The notes: a model not told the origin generated them from the letters alone. A stretch of DNA of 64,000 bases from Rhodosorus marinus CCMP1338 (GCA_029953675.1 JAMWBK010000008.1:1-64000); one strand, 5' to 3'. Shown: positions 21,860 through 34,936, counted from the stretch's first letter. Program-made: numbers and translations.

Positions 21860-23357
21860 ATGAGTTGTTGTCGAGGATTGGGGTTTTGTTTCTTTTTCGG
21901 TCGCGAGCGTGTTCGTTTACGGGAAGCGCTTCCTGTGGTACGCCTTCCCCTCGATTTTCCGCGGGGCGTCGTTTGCATTTGCAACTACTTCTGTCTTCCG
22001 GGTGGGTGTGTTGCGGGGCCTTTCCTATTTGGGTTGGGTTTGGTCGATTATTCTCTCGGTGCGGTTTCATATTGGTGGTGCAACGTTTCCTTTGCGGATT
22101 CCCTCAGGATGGTAGGGATATCTCCGCGCTCGGCGGAGCCTCCTCCCAAGGAGGCACTGCCAGGTGGAGGACTCCGTGTTCGCCTCAGCTGCGGCACCTT
22201 TTCTTCCGAGGTTGACTTGGAAGGCGCTTCTGGCACCCAGGCGCGTGCACTTATCTCCGCTGTCACCAGCCTGATCACGGCTGCGAGTGATCGTGGAGTG
22301 CTCCCTCAGCTCACCCAGAAGCTAGGTGGGCTGGAATCGGGATTGCTGGCCAGGTCAAATTCAAATTCGGACGAGAATTTGAATTGCCCCAGAGTGGCAG
22401 CGTTGGCTGAAGGCAGTCAACATCCGGTCAATCAACATGAACCTGTCCCGGGACAGGCGAGGGCTGTTGCTTCTGCGCGGGACAGTACGACGTTGGGGAG
22501 CGGCAGGCCGGGCCAAAACGCGCTTCAGCGCTCGGGGACTCGAGGCAATGGTGGTGGTGACTGTGCGGCAACCGGTGTGGAGGAGAGTGCAGCTGTGGAC
22601 TTCCCTATCTTGGACCAGCCCTCGCACTTGTGGTTAACCACTCCGCATCTATCTCGGTTTGCCACAGGCTCCGTGGCACTCTAATCGGCCGTCTTTCTGT
22701 CAGGGATGTGAGAGCCGGATTGACGCTTGTGGCTACCACTTCCTGGGTTCCTGCGGACTGTTGCGAGGTCTCCGTACGAGGCGTCACACTCGCCTCAAGT
22801 ACATCCTCAGCGAATTTTTGACTCGGATAGGGCATACGGTTGAGGTTGAGTCGGAACTGCCCAGATCAAGCTCGGACTCTGCACCGCCCCGTTGTTAGCC
22901 GATCTCCTCGTCTCTGACGCTGCTGCCAGACGCTCAACATATGTGGACCTTGCGATTACCTGCCCCGTGGCCAGCGCCCACCTCACCGCAGCCGCCCGCC
23001 GCCGGGGGGCCGCGGCTTCAGCCCTTCGAAGAGTTACGGAACGAAGGTATGCTGAGAGCATGGCCAGTCTGCCTTGCGCTGAGGGTCGCTCTCACCGGTT
23101 CCAGCCATCCATTGTGGAAAGCTTTGGTCACGTGGATAAGTCGGGTTTAGAGTGGTTGCGGAAATGTTTTGCTGAGCATCCTACTGAATATTTGGCGGTC
23201 TTGAGGCGTTTAAGTGTCTCCCTTTGGCGATATTCCAGCGACATGCTTTCCGAGGCGCGCCATCGGCGCCTGGGGTTGCATGCTTCCCTCCCTAGTTATT
23301 AGTTCATCTTCACACCTTGCGTAGCGCTTCAGGCTATGCTAGTAAAGTCCAGTAAAG
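21860..23357 (+). mobile_element. Family Y copy with 5' UTR and ORF1 N-terminus, a large internal deletion (about 22615) and an intact 3' end
   Basis: GU-rich leader and ORF1 start MVGISP..LSCGTF. 22620-23350 is the inverted match of 20331-21080. Confidence 0.82.
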
Positions 23358-23380
23358 TTTACAGTTACGTTAGTCTGGGG

Positions 23381-25400
23381 CCATTGGGGCGGAACTACAG
23401 CCTCAAAAGTGCACCCTATTCGGCTACCACATAGCATCCCCTCGACTGGTTACCAGATACATGCCGGACCTCAATGTTTCTCGCGAAGGAGTAACCATAC
23501 ACTCCATTCCCATTGGGACGAGAAAATATGTGGAAGAAGCTTTGAGAACACTACAAAACAAGCATGAAACACTGGGCAAAGAGATAGCCCATCTGCCTCC
23601 TGAAGAGCTCAACACACAACTGGCGCTGTTCCGATACTGCTCGGAAACGAGACTTGACTACACCCTAAGGACAGTGGCTTACCACTACGGCAGAAGTTTA
23701 GCACGAGAAGCGGACTACAACACACGACTACAGTTGGAAAGGCTACTAGGCTGTCTGCAAACAGCCCATGCGGACGACCCTGACGGAACGCACCCGGCTT
23801 GGAAGCAGGTAGCACTCCCCTGCCGATGGGGGGGACTGGGATTCTGCACTAGAAGGCGCATCCAACCTATTTATTTCTACACAGGTTGGATGCAAAGCTT
23901 TGCAGCTAACAAGGGCTATTGGCCCCACCTACAAAAATTGTTAGAACGCACCCAGGAAGCTACACCACAGCTGCTCAACCCCCCGAGGACACTACACCGC
24001 TCTACTGACGACCTCCCCTCCCAAATCCTAGTGGCAACTACAGCCATTAGGGGGAGACTGAGACCGGAAACCAGCCCCCGAATAAGGCAGCTCCTCAACC
24101 CCACGTACCTGACTGCTGCCCCTGCAGCAAATTCCCCCCCTGACCAGTCTGCGGTGAAGCAAGGTTCCTTACAACAGACCCTCTCAAGAGAGGCACACCT
24201 TGCTGCTTTCACCCGACTGGTCACGGATCCCTTACTCGACCCGGAACATCGTGCCCGAATCCGTTCCGCTGCAGGAGCAGGTTCAGGCGTCTGGCTAAGA
24301 GATTTGCCGCAATTCGGACCCCGAAAATTGAGTGGGAGAGGCATGCACCTGAATATCCGACAATTGCTGGGTCTCCCGATTCCGGGACTAGATCAAATAC
24401 GCGGGGGCTTTGTCTTCCCCTGGTGTCCGTGCTTCGGCACTAGCACATCGCTTGGTACCCCTGATCATTGAGTGCTTTGGGTTCATGGACTCTGTTGGTT
24501 CTCGCTGGCTTCGGGAGTTGTTCCGCGAACGCCCTGACCGTCTTCAATCGTTGTTTACCCGCTTAAGTTTCCTGCTGTGGCGCATGAATGCCGCTTTGAT
24601 GTTGGAGGCGCGAGTACTTCGCCGCGCTTAGTCTTTTTTTCCCCTCGGGGTTTTTTTTTCAGCCTCCGATTAAACCATTCGTTCGATTCCGGGACTGCGC
24701 ACGACGGAGAGGTGTACTACGTGTAATAGTACACACCGTACGAACGGTGTACAAAGATTCCATCATTGTCAGACCTCGACTGGGCTCTGGCAACGGCGAC
24801 ATGATGAGCTCTGCACTGAGCTGGCGCGTTGGCTTAACAGATGGCAGTTCAGAGATGTTCAGCAAGCACCTACAGACTACTTCACGAACTCGAATCTACG
24901 TCCGGACTTGGTAGCTATACACCCTCGAACCTGGCAACGATTTGCGACCGATGTGACGGTGGTGTCACCCCTACAGGCGAGACACCTAGCCAACAGCAAA
25001 GACAACAATGGTTATGCAGCAAAACAGGCGGAGCGTTGGAAACTTGCACACTACAAGGAGGCGATGGCGACAGAGCATCCAGATGACAAACTGATTCCGA
25101 CTGCGATAGAAACCTTCGGCAGAACAGGGCAGATGACCGGGGGCTGTGGGCACATGCTAACTAAGCAGTACGAGTTGAGCAACGTGCGGGCTCAACTAAA
25201 CAGAACACTCTGGGCAGGGAACGCAGAGCTCGCGTTAGGGGCTTTGCGCGTGGATCAGTCGGACCAGCCACTGATCCCTTATTTTTCTTTTTTATCGTAG
25301 CTAGAGACCCCGGGAGTCGGGGTTAAACACACACATTTTCCCTAGATATTGATAGAATTAGTGTTGCGCTGCATTAGGCAGTTGCCGAGTAAAGTTTACA
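23381..25400 (+). mobile_element. 5'-truncated family T-B, interrupted by an X insertion
   Basis: Begins after a telomere unit (23364-23380). The ORF2 C-terminal half lies in 23461-24389 and 24684-25300, and the 3' UTR joins a telomere unit at 25401-25417. Confidence 0.88.
24390..24683 (+). mobile_element. 294-bp family X insertion with 13-bp TSD CGATTCCGGGACT
   Basis: TSD at 24377-24389 and 24684-24696. Confidence 0.92.
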
Positions 25401-25417
25401 GTTACGTTAGTCTGGGG

Positions 25418-26925
25418 TACCTCCCCGATGCTGAACTCCAAGTCAAGCTGGCCCTCTTTCGATACTGCGCAGGCACAAGGCTCGATTATCATACACGTGG
25501 GCTGGCGTACCCCCTTGGACGTACCGTTGCCCGCGAGGCGGACGCGATCACCCTCTCGGAGCTTGAAGGCTTGTGTGGAGGCCTATGTCAACACCAGGAT
25601 ATCACCGCACGTGAGGCTGCAGCGGTTGAGAAACAGATTCGACTCCCATGTCGATGGGGAGGACTTGGCTTTGCCACGCGCACGAGAATTCAACCAGTTG
25701 CCTTCCATGCAGGGTGGAAACAAAGCCTGCAAGAGAACACCACTGAATCACGCTACCTCGAACGGCTTTCCCAGGAGTGTATTGCGGCAGCACAAGGAGA
25801 ATCGCTGCGACGGGTGCGACTTGGATGGACAACTGATGGACTTGCTTGGCAACTGGTGGAGGCAAGTCGCGCAATTAGACGACGTTTGCCAGCGACGACC
25901 AGTGCACGGATCCAGAGGCTGGCCGATTGGCAACCGCTGGAGGACTCGGCGGAAGGCACAGTGGAAGACACAGGAGGTACCCAAAGGTTTGACGGTCCGA
26001 TCCAAAAACGCTCTCTCGAGAGTGTCACCGACAAGCCTTTGAGGAGCTTACTGGAGATTCAACACTGGACGACCTAGGCCGGGCGAGGATCCGATCGGCA
26101 TCTGGAACGGGGTGCGGGGTCTGGCTACGCGACTGTCCTAGTACAGGGCCGCGGCAGTTGACGCGAAATGAGATGTTGTGGAGCATGCGGATGCTTCTAG
26201 GGCTACCACTACAAGGACTAGGGCGGTCACACACGTGCACAGTCTGCGAGCAACCACACGATGTGCGTGGGATCCAGCGGCTGCACCACTGCAGGACCTC
26301 ATCAGGGATGCGCACCAAGAGGCACGACGAGCTAAAGGTGGAACTGAGCCGATGGTTACACCTCTGGAGTTTCACGGAGATACAAGTAGAGCCTGAGGGG
26401 TTCTTTGCTGGGTCTGGAATTCGCCCAGACATCGTTGCACGACACCCGACGAGCGGATGCGTGTACGTGGTGGATGTGATGGTGACGTCGCCACTTCAAA
26501 GACATCAGTTGAGACATACGAGCTGGAACTGCGGGTATGCTGCTAAACAGGCCGAACAAGCGAAGGCGTTGCATTATAAGGAAGTGCTGAGGGGGCAAAA
26601 CCGAGATGTTGTTCTTGTGCCGTTCATTTTTGAGACATTTGGTCGAATGGGCCAGGCAAGCCTTGAATTTCTTCGAACGGCGAGCGCGCACCTGCATGAT
26701 CGTGACTCCCATCTATCGTCGGTGAGGGGTCAACTAAACCGCATTTTGTGGCAGCACAATGCTGCGCTAGTTGAGCACGCGATCGAGAAAGATCGCGCAG
26801 ATAGACCGATATTTCCCCTACGTAGAATTTAGATGAGACTCCTGGACAGGGAGTCCAGGTTTGGTTAGTGCGTACGTAGTGATCGTGTGATGCGCTACAT
26901 TAGGTAGCTGCCCAATAAAGGCTAC
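25418..26925 (+). mobile_element. 5'-truncated family T-E
   Basis: ORF2 C-terminal part (LPCRWGG, CTVC..HHC, RPDI..VDV). The 3' UTR joins a telomere unit at 26926-26940. An inverted near-identical copy lies at 39152-40672. Confidence 0.9.
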
Positions 26926-26940
26926 GGGGTTACGTTAGTC

Positions 26941-27679
26941 TGTGGGATTGCCGATCCCTGGATTAAGGACGACGGAGAAGTGTAGCAGTTGTCGGCGTCC
27001 CCACGGTGCCAATGGGGTACAACGCTTTCAACACTGCCCTACGTCAACTGGGCTATGGCAGAGGAGACACGATGAGATCTGCACGGAATTGGCGAGATGG
27101 CTGAACCGTTGGAACTTTTTAGACATACAACAGGAGCCTACATCCTATTTCGAGAACTACCAGCTACGACCCGATATTATCGCGACCCACCCGAAGACGT
27201 TCCAGAGGTACGCTCTGGACGTGACGGTGACTTCACCGCTCCAGGATAAGTACTTGAGGCGCGGGAGTGGGGAGAGCGGGTATGCAGCGAAGATGGCGGA
27301 GAATTATAAATTGGCACACTACAAGGAAGCGATGGCGGTGGAGAAACCCAGCGACAAATTCGTCCCGATTGCGATTGAGACGTTTGGGCGGACAGGGAAG
27401 TTGGCGCAAGACTTTTTACGGGATGGCTGCAAGCACCTCCTACATCGTAGCGAGGAGTTGAGCGACGTACGCGCTCAGCTAAACAGGCACCTTTGGCAGG
27501 GGAACGCAGAAGTCGCACTAGGCGCTCTGCGTGTGGACCAGCTGGACAATCCAGTGGTCCCTGTTTTTTCTTTAGAACGTAGCATGCGACCCCGGTAGCG
27601 GGGTTATTGTAAGTAATTCTCTAGTTAGTGATAGACTCAGTGTTACGCCGCATTAGGCGGCTGCCCAATAAAGCTTACA
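26941..27679 (+). mobile_element. 5'-truncated family T-C
   Basis: Endonuclease ORF at 26942-27598. The 3' UTR joins a telomere unit at 27680-27695. Confidence 0.9.
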
Positions 27680-27695
27680 GTTACGTTAGTCTGGG

Positions 27696-27793
27696 TTCAG
27701 ACCACAACCCATTAGGGGTTTCTTTGCTGACCAATAGGATCCTTATTGCTTCTTAATGGGCTCCAATAGGGAGTTCTTCAGTAAAGTGTACGC
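27696..27793 (+). mobile_element. 98-bp 3'-UTR-only copy of T-A
   Basis: Reverse complement of about 339-430, with telomere units on both sides. Confidence 0.88.
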
Positions 27794-27827
27794 GGTTACG
27801 TTAGTCTGGTCTGGGGTTAGTCTGGGG

Positions 27828-29633
27828 CATTTGGGGTTGGACTTTGGAGTTTATCGTGGTGATAAAGTTACACTTTCATTCTTTCTACGAACGCTTATCG
27901 AGTGATATGACTACTCTCGAGCCCTTGCCTCCGGATGGGGGGGGCTTTTGCACAGACGCAACGATGGAAGACCTCCCGGCCGTTAGCCTGAGAGCAGACG
28001 GACCCGAGCCTCTGCCAGTACCTGTTTCTGAGCCTACAACTGCATCTGCACTTGACAACGACGTACCTACTCCCTTGGCAATTGACCTGAGCTGCGGAGC
28101 GCTGAAGCTGCATCTCGACGCGCCCAAGCATAAGACCCCGCTCTACAATGGGCTTATGCTGCGGTTTATGGGTCTCTTAGCCCAGGCACACGCCAATGGC
28201 ACCGAGGCTCAACTCCTTCACAATCTGACTACGACGCCACAACAAGCTGCCCCGAGGGCACAACGCCCCCTCCCTGTCTACGAACCAGCAAACTACGCCA
28301 CTGCAGCAGCCCGCCCGCGATCTCCCGAGACACGTGATCTCGATTCCAATGCATTCCCAGATCTCGCAACGGCCAATGAGCAAGCACGGACAAGGACTCG
28401 AGCTCAACCTCAACCAATGAGCTGGACGACACGTGTCCGCGCCAACCAGACCCCAGCAGCTGCCAATCGCTCGTTTTTCGCGAGCATTCATGGGCTGCAG
28501 TACCAGAGCCAGAAGGACGTTGATGCATTTGTGCTACTCAATGCTCGACCTCGGGACTCCACCAGAAGCAAGGCCCATCATGCTTGGGATATCGAGCGCC
28601 TAGCCGGCCTTCAGAAAAATTCGCTGCTCCAGCTGGACTACTTTGATCATCATGTACACGTCATCGCTCATCATACCGCCTTCCAACTACTCCGCGACGC
28701 TACCAACGCAGGGGCCTTCGAACCCACCAGAGGAGCACACCTGCCTCTTGATCAACGTATCCAAGCTGTCAAGCTCTCTCCAACGTCACACGAATACCTG
28801 AACATGAGGGAAAAGCTCCGTCACCAACCGGCAGACTATCCCCGCGCTGCACTGATCCACAACCTGCTCCGCTACCGACGGATCCAGCGGATTGTTACAA
28901 ATCGCAGGAGTCTCCCACCCAACAACCGAGAGGCACTCCTGGGCCACGTCAGGGCCGAGCTCGATCGCACCCTGGCCAGCCTCCACGCTCAAGCTCAACG
29001 AGCACCCGACAGTTGCCTGCGCGTGCCATTCTCCGACCCTGAGCTTCCAGAGCACACGACAACAACCGAGCGCAGAGAGCCACGCTCTCTGGACCGAACC
29101 CGGGTAGCTGACCCTCAACCGGCGGCACTGGAGAGGGAGAGTGCGGAACCCCTCGCAGCGACTACGCATAGCGCTGATTCTGCCCAAGTCCCAGCCGCTC
29201 GGGAGGACAACACGCCTGAGACGCCTGCCGCGACAGCCCGTGATCCACTAGACTCGGAGCCTGACCCCTCCACCACTAGCGATCAACCAGTGACCCCTGC
29301 AGAGCCGATGCAAGGACTTTCGACGGCCCAAGACAAGAGACAAGTGGCTCCACCCACTAAGCGCCCAAAGCCTGCCAACGCCGTCGACGACCTCATGCCC
29401 GACTCCCTCTCGTCGACTCAATCATGAGCAGCTCCTCAGACGAATATACTCCAAACCGCTCTCGCTCATCCCGCCGTGCTCGTGCTCGTCGCCAACGACC
29501 TCCCACTTCGACGCAGTCACTCTTCGAGACGGACTCGAACGCCTGGCTCTCGTCTCTGCACGACTTCATTCTCAACGTAACCGATAATGGCAACCGCTGG
29601 TGGCAGCTGACTCAGGCTCCGACGCCTACTCGC
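27828..29633 (+). mobile_element. T-A 5' portion with intact ORF1 (27907-29427) and 78 codons of ORF2, broken and fused to inverted telomere repeats
   Basis: Near-identical inverted copy of about 3355-5175. C-rich repeats follow at 29634-29673. Confidence 0.9.
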
Positions 29634-29673
29634 CCCCAGACCAACGCAACCCCAGACTAACGTAACCCCAGAC

Positions 29674-31334
29674 ATCACTGTTGGGAGGCGGGGGGGCAGG
29701 CTTGTAGGTCCATGGCATTGGAGCTTGAAGAGTAGCCAGTGAGTCCGGCAGCAGTGGTTGTAGCCGCCTCGTGGTTGGCTGGGGTCATCTCCAAGTCGGG
29801 GCTGGTGCCAGCTGCAGTCGTTCGCGTGCGTTTCTGTTGGGGCGGCTCCGGGAGGTTAGAGAGGAGCTCCGCGTGCGGGTTGTCCTCTGCAGCGTCCTCC
29901 GGTGGTAGTGGAGGTGTCGCGCTGGAATCACCCGAAGCGGCGACTGCCTCACGGTCTGCCTGTACGGCCTCATCAGGGGTCGAGGCTTGGTGGTCTGCTT
30001 GTGATGCGGCTGCAGACGCGGGGGGTTCCGCGCTCTCCCCGGCTACCACTGGTGGCTGGTGTGCAGTACTTACACGCGCCGGAGCCCGTGCTACCTGTCG
30101 GTTGGTGGTGGTCGAGAGCTGGGGTAGTTCAGGGTCCTCGAAAGGTACCCTGGTGCCGGTGTCAGGTGTCTTCTGGGCGTGGGCATGGATACTGGCCAGA
30201 GTTCGGTCGAGTTCTGCCCGAACGTGGCCGAGCAGGGCCTCCCGAGCGTTGGGGGAGAGGCCCCTACGGCGCTCAACGATCCGCTGGATACGGCGATAGC
30301 GCCGCAGGTTGTGGATCAGGGCCACTCGCGGGTAGTCCTCGGGCCGATGGCGGAGTTTCTCGCGCATACTCAGGTAGTCCATGGAGCTCGCAGAGAGCTT
30401 GACTGCCTGAATGCGTTCGGCTGGGTGGAGGTTGCCGGTAGTGGGGTAGAAGGCGCCTGCGTTCACTGCGTCGCGGACCCGTGGTAGGGCAGTCCGGTGT
30501 GCAATGATGTGCACGTGGTGATCGAAATAATCGAGTTGCAGCAGCGTGTTCTTCTGCAGGCCGGCAAGGCGCTCGATATCCCAGGCGTGGTGGGCCTTGC
30601 TCTTGGTTCCGTCGCGAGGTCGTGCATTGAGTAGCACAAATGCGTCAATATCTTCCTTGCTCTCGAACTCCAGACCTTGAATGCTCGCGAAAAATGATCG
30701 ATTCGCGGCTGCCGGGGTCTGGTTACCTCGGACACGTGTCGACCAACTCATTGGCCGGCTGCTAGGTCGAGGTGTCGGGCGTGTGCGGTCATTGGCTGCT
30801 GCGAGATCGGGATATGCATCAGCATCGAGATCGCGCGCGTCGGGAGATCTGGGGCGGGCTGCTGTGCTGGCGTAGGATGCCGGTTCGTAGACAGGTAGGG
30901 GGCGCGGTGTCTGGGTAGGTCGTTGGGGCGTTGTAGTCAGAGTGTGAAGGAGCTGAGCCTCGTTGCCACTGGCATGGGCTTGTGCAGCAAGTTCCATGAA
31001 TTTCAGCATCAGGGCGTTGTACTTCGTGGCTTTGGCTTGGGGAACGTCGAGGTGTAGTTGCAGCGGTCCACAGCTCATTGAGATCTTCAGATGGTGAGTG
31101 CTGGTGTCCGGCGCCGCAGTAGCAGGTGCAGTTGGGAGAGTAGCAGCAGGATCAGGTTCTCGCCCGGTACAATTTTGGGTAGAAGCATCGTGCATAGGTT
31201 CGTCCGATTGTAGGGGGTTTATGCCACTTCCGTCCGGAGGCAGCGCCTCGGGAAACGTCATTTCCAAATCAACTCCTTGTAAAACACTCCAAGCTCGCGT
31301 CAATGAACTTAAATTTCAAAGTCCGAAAGCCCTC
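29674..31334 (-). mobile_element. 5' portion of a T-A-related family with intact ORF1 (31261-29675), broken at the ORF2 start codon
   Basis: ORF1 is clearly homologous to T-A ORF1 (FVLLNARP..HHAWDIERLAGL..LQLDYFDHH). The stop-start overlap is TGATG. Telomere units lie at 29634-29673 and 31335-31366. Confidence 0.88.
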
Positions 31335-31366
31335 ACCCCAGACTAACCCCAGACTAACGTAACCCC

Positions 31367-31570
31367 TACTGAATATTTGGCGCTCTTGACCATTCATTCA
31401 TTCTTGAGGGGTTTAAGTGTCTCCCTTTGGCGATATTCCAGCGACATGCTTTCCGAGGCGCGCCATCGGCGCCTGGGGTTGCATACTTCCCTCCCTAGTT
31501 ATTAGTTCATCTTCACGCCTTGCGTAGCGCTTCAGGCTATGCTAGTAAAGTCCAGTAAAGTCCAGTCCAG
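31367..31570 (+). mobile_element. Family Y 3' fragment containing a 12-bp X-tail insertion
   Basis: Matches 23190-23357 and ends in agtaaagtccagtaaagtccagtcc. Confidence 0.85.
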
Positions 31571-31982
31571 TTCAGTCAGGTATGGCCATTCATCTTCATT
31601 GTTCCGGAAGGTGTTTCTCCATGACGAGTAAAACGCGATGGGTTGGACGCGCTTTCGAGTAGCGAAACCCAAACCTCCCCAGCGGCAGGGCAGAGCGATT
31701 TGGTCCGAGATCAGCTCTGCGTACTCATCGTCCTCTACAGCTGTCGTAGCGAGGCCTCCGGTTAGAATTTCCAGGTGATATCTGGTCATCACGTCGGCCT
31801 CGCGTGCCAGATTTCTTCCAAACTCGTATGCGAGGCATCGTAGCACATAGTATAGTCGCGTTTCTGCACAGAACCTGAAGAGGGCAATTTGCGTCGTAAG
31901 CTCCGGTTGTGGGAGCTTGGCGATTTCCGCAAAGAGTTTCTCATGCTTATTTTGCAACCCCCGGCACTCCTGTTCGATATAT
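31571..31982 (-). mobile_element. Internal ORF2 fragment of family T-H
   Basis: QIALFRFCAETRL..LPCRWGG matches 44514-44780. Preceded on the minus strand by two telomere units (31983-32017). Confidence 0.85.
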
Positions 31983-32017
31983 AACCCCAGACTAACGTAA
32001 CCCCAGACTAACGTAAC

Positions 32018-33985
32018 TGTAAGCTTTATTGGGCAGCCGCCTAATGCGGCGTAACACTGAGTCTATCACTAACTAGAGAATTACTTACAATAACCCCGCT
32101 ACCGGGGTCGCATGCTACGTTCTAAAGAAAAAACAGGGACCACTGGATTGTCCAGCTGGTCCACACGCAGAGCGCCTAGTGCGACTTCTGCGTTCCCCTG
32201 CCAAAGGTGCCTGTTTAGCTGAGCGCGTACGTCGCTCAACTCCTCGCTACGATGTAGGAGGTGCCCCGGAAGACGTGCCACAATCGACAGGAGGCCCTCA
32301 TCAGCGGCTTTCCTGGGATCCCATCGGCGCTTAAGAGTGGTTTTGTTAGTGTTGCGCAGTGATTCCAGGGCCTCCACCAACTCGTCTGGTAAGTCACCTG
32401 CCGCAGGTTCTCGGAAGATTCCTTGGAGTTGGCGCCAGGTAGCCTCGGTGAAAGGAGCCATTTCCGTTGCCTGTAGTCGACGAGCAGCGTCCGAGAGGCG
32501 ACCGAGATGTGCCAGTTTCAGGGCTTGTTTCTTGCGTCCTAAAGCTTGGCGGCGAGTCGCTTCGGTTCCCGGTGGGGCAGTATTCTGCTGCAGTAGGGAC
32601 GCCCTGTCTTCAAGCGCGGTCCAGACAGTATGGAATTCTCCTTCAAGCACATGTGTGACCTGAATACCGATGTCAAGTGCAGAACGTCCTAGCACCAGGT
32701 CTGGAGGTCCGACAAGAAGCAGACTGGCGTTGGCGGGTGCAGCTGTGTCCATGGAAATCTCAAGAGCTGCGCGAAGATGGCGGCTCCAGGTATTGACGTG
32801 GGCACGGGGCACAAAGCGCCGGGTGGGTACCGGGCAGTGTGTTAGGCGCGTCCAGTGCCTTCCTCCTGTCGTAACCTCGTCAACGAAGTCGGTCCAACGT
32901 TTGATCCAGGCTTGTCGCTCCGAGAAGAACAGAGGCTCGTCGCGTCTTCGTTTGATTCCCCATTGTCGTCTGGGCATTATTGCGTAGGTGCTTCCTGGCT
33001 GTCCTGTGTGTCCATCGCGTGAGGGGTGGCAGTGTGGTCGGTCTGTGGTGCAGTGTTGCCCTGTGGAACCTCTACGGCTGCCGGAGTCATCTCGGTATCC
33101 TGGCCTGTGCCATCAGTGGATACTCGCGACCGCTTGTGTTGAGGAGGCTCGGGCAGGTTGTAGGGGAGCTCTGTGTGAGGGTTATCCACGGGTGCATCTT
33201 CTTCAGGTACTTAGGCTAGGGGACTACCCGGAGCGTGACTGTCCCACGGGCTGCCTGTGCGTCCCCTGTAAGGGACGAGGCTTCAGAGTCTACGTTCGTG
33301 GCGGCTGCAGACGCTGGGGGTTCCGCACTCTCCCCGGGTACCGTTGGAGTACGTTGTCTGGCTTGTAGGGCTCCTAGTCTGCTCTCCAGGTACTCGTGTA
33401 TCGCTGCGAGAGTGTTGAATGAGAGTTGCCTCCTGCGAAGCCTCGCGCGAATCCGGATAGTCTGTTCAATTGCCCGTTTCAGGGTCTGGGGCCCGATGTT
33501 CGCTGGGGCAATAAGCTGACGTTCGTTATAGCCCAACAGGTTGTCTGTATCCAGTGCCTGGCCGGCAGTGTAGAGAGTCACTTGCCGATCGGGGTGTCTC
33601 TGGGTCAACGATCCGAAAATCCCTGTCCTGAAAACGCCCCTAGAGATGGCGCTCTGCAGAATCGGAATCGCGTCCGGATGGCATAGTAAGCACGCGTGGG
33701 AAGCGATGAAGTCCACGTGCGCCACATTAGAGCTCGGAATCCCCAAGACTCTGCAAAGAACCGTCGTGAAGTGCGATGGGGCTACCTCGTCCATCCGTGG
33801 CGGTCTTACATTCCTCAGGGTCGCCAGTACCGGTTTGGTCTCAGGTCCCCAGGAGGACCCTCCCACTGTGGCCTGCAGCTGTCGCAGCGCGGCCTGATGG
33901 GACTGTGCGCCCGGGCATCGTCCTGCTGGTCGGATTGAGCCTCTGATTCTCGAGCGGGAGCATGTTGGACAGTGCGCTGAGCGTA
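32018..33985 (-). mobile_element. Chimera: ORF1 C-terminus and ORF2 N-terminus of a T-G-like family (32263-33985) fused in frame to the T-C 3' end (32018-32262)
   Basis: ORF 32099-32977 switches from ORF2 N-terminal sequence to HLLHRSEELSDVRAQ at about 32263. A TAATG overlap is at 32975-32979. Confidence 0.8.
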
Positions 33986-33989
33986 CGTA

Positions 33990-34936
33990 ACCGTAAGCTT
34001 TACTGGGCAGCTGCCTACTGCAGCGCAACACTACGTCTAATCCTATCTAGGGGGAAACTTACTGGAACCCCGCTACCGGGGTCTCATGCTACGTTCAAAA
34101 GAAAAACAGGCACCAGCGGATTCTCCGTAACCCCGTAGCCTTTATTCGGCAGCTACCTACCGCAGCGCAACACCACTACTCTATGTTCGCTCTAAACTCA
34201 CTTAGACCCCCTCGCCAGGGGTCTCATCTAGTTCTACTCAAGGGAAACATTGTTCTATCTGCGCGATCTTTCTCGATCGCATGCTCAACTAGCCTAGCAT
34301 TATGCTGCCACAGGATCCGGTTTAATTGACCCCTCACCGACGACAGATGGGAGTCACGATCATGCAGATGCGCCGTCCCTATGCGAAGAAATTCAAGGCT
34401 TGCCTGGCCCATTCGACCAAAAGTTTCAAAAATGAACGGCACAAAAACCACGTCTCGGTTTTCCACCGTCATCACTTCCTTATAATGCAACGCCTTCGCT
34501 TGTCCTGCTTGCTTCACGGCATGCCCGCAACTCCAGCTCGTATGTCTCAACTGATGCCTTTGAAGTGGCGATGTTACCATCACGTCCACCACGTACACGC
34601 AACCGCTCGTCGGGTACCGTGCTAGATACATATCGGGTCGAATTCCGCACCCAGCAAAGAACCCCTGAGGCTCTACTACTATCTCTGTGAAACTGCATAA
34701 GTGTAGCCATCGACTCAGTTCGACTTTCAGCTCATCGTGCCTCTTTGTTCGCATCCCCGATGACGTCCTGCAGTGGTGCAGCCGCTGGATCCCACGCACA
34801 TCGTGTGGTTGCTCGCAGACCCCAGACTGACATAACCGTAAAATTTACTGGGCAGCTGCCTACTGCAGCGTATCACTAGTGCAAGTACTATCTAGGGAAA
34901 AACCTACGCTAACCCCGCTACCGGGGTCTCATGCTA
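33990..34936 (-). mobile_element. Array of three 5'-truncated T 3' ends (about 33995-34125, 34130-34820 and 34838-34936) joined by partial or variant telomere units
   Basis: Each piece has the conserved hairpin and A[AG]TAAA motif. The junctions read gtaacc, gtaacccc and ccccagactgacataacc. Confidence 0.82.
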
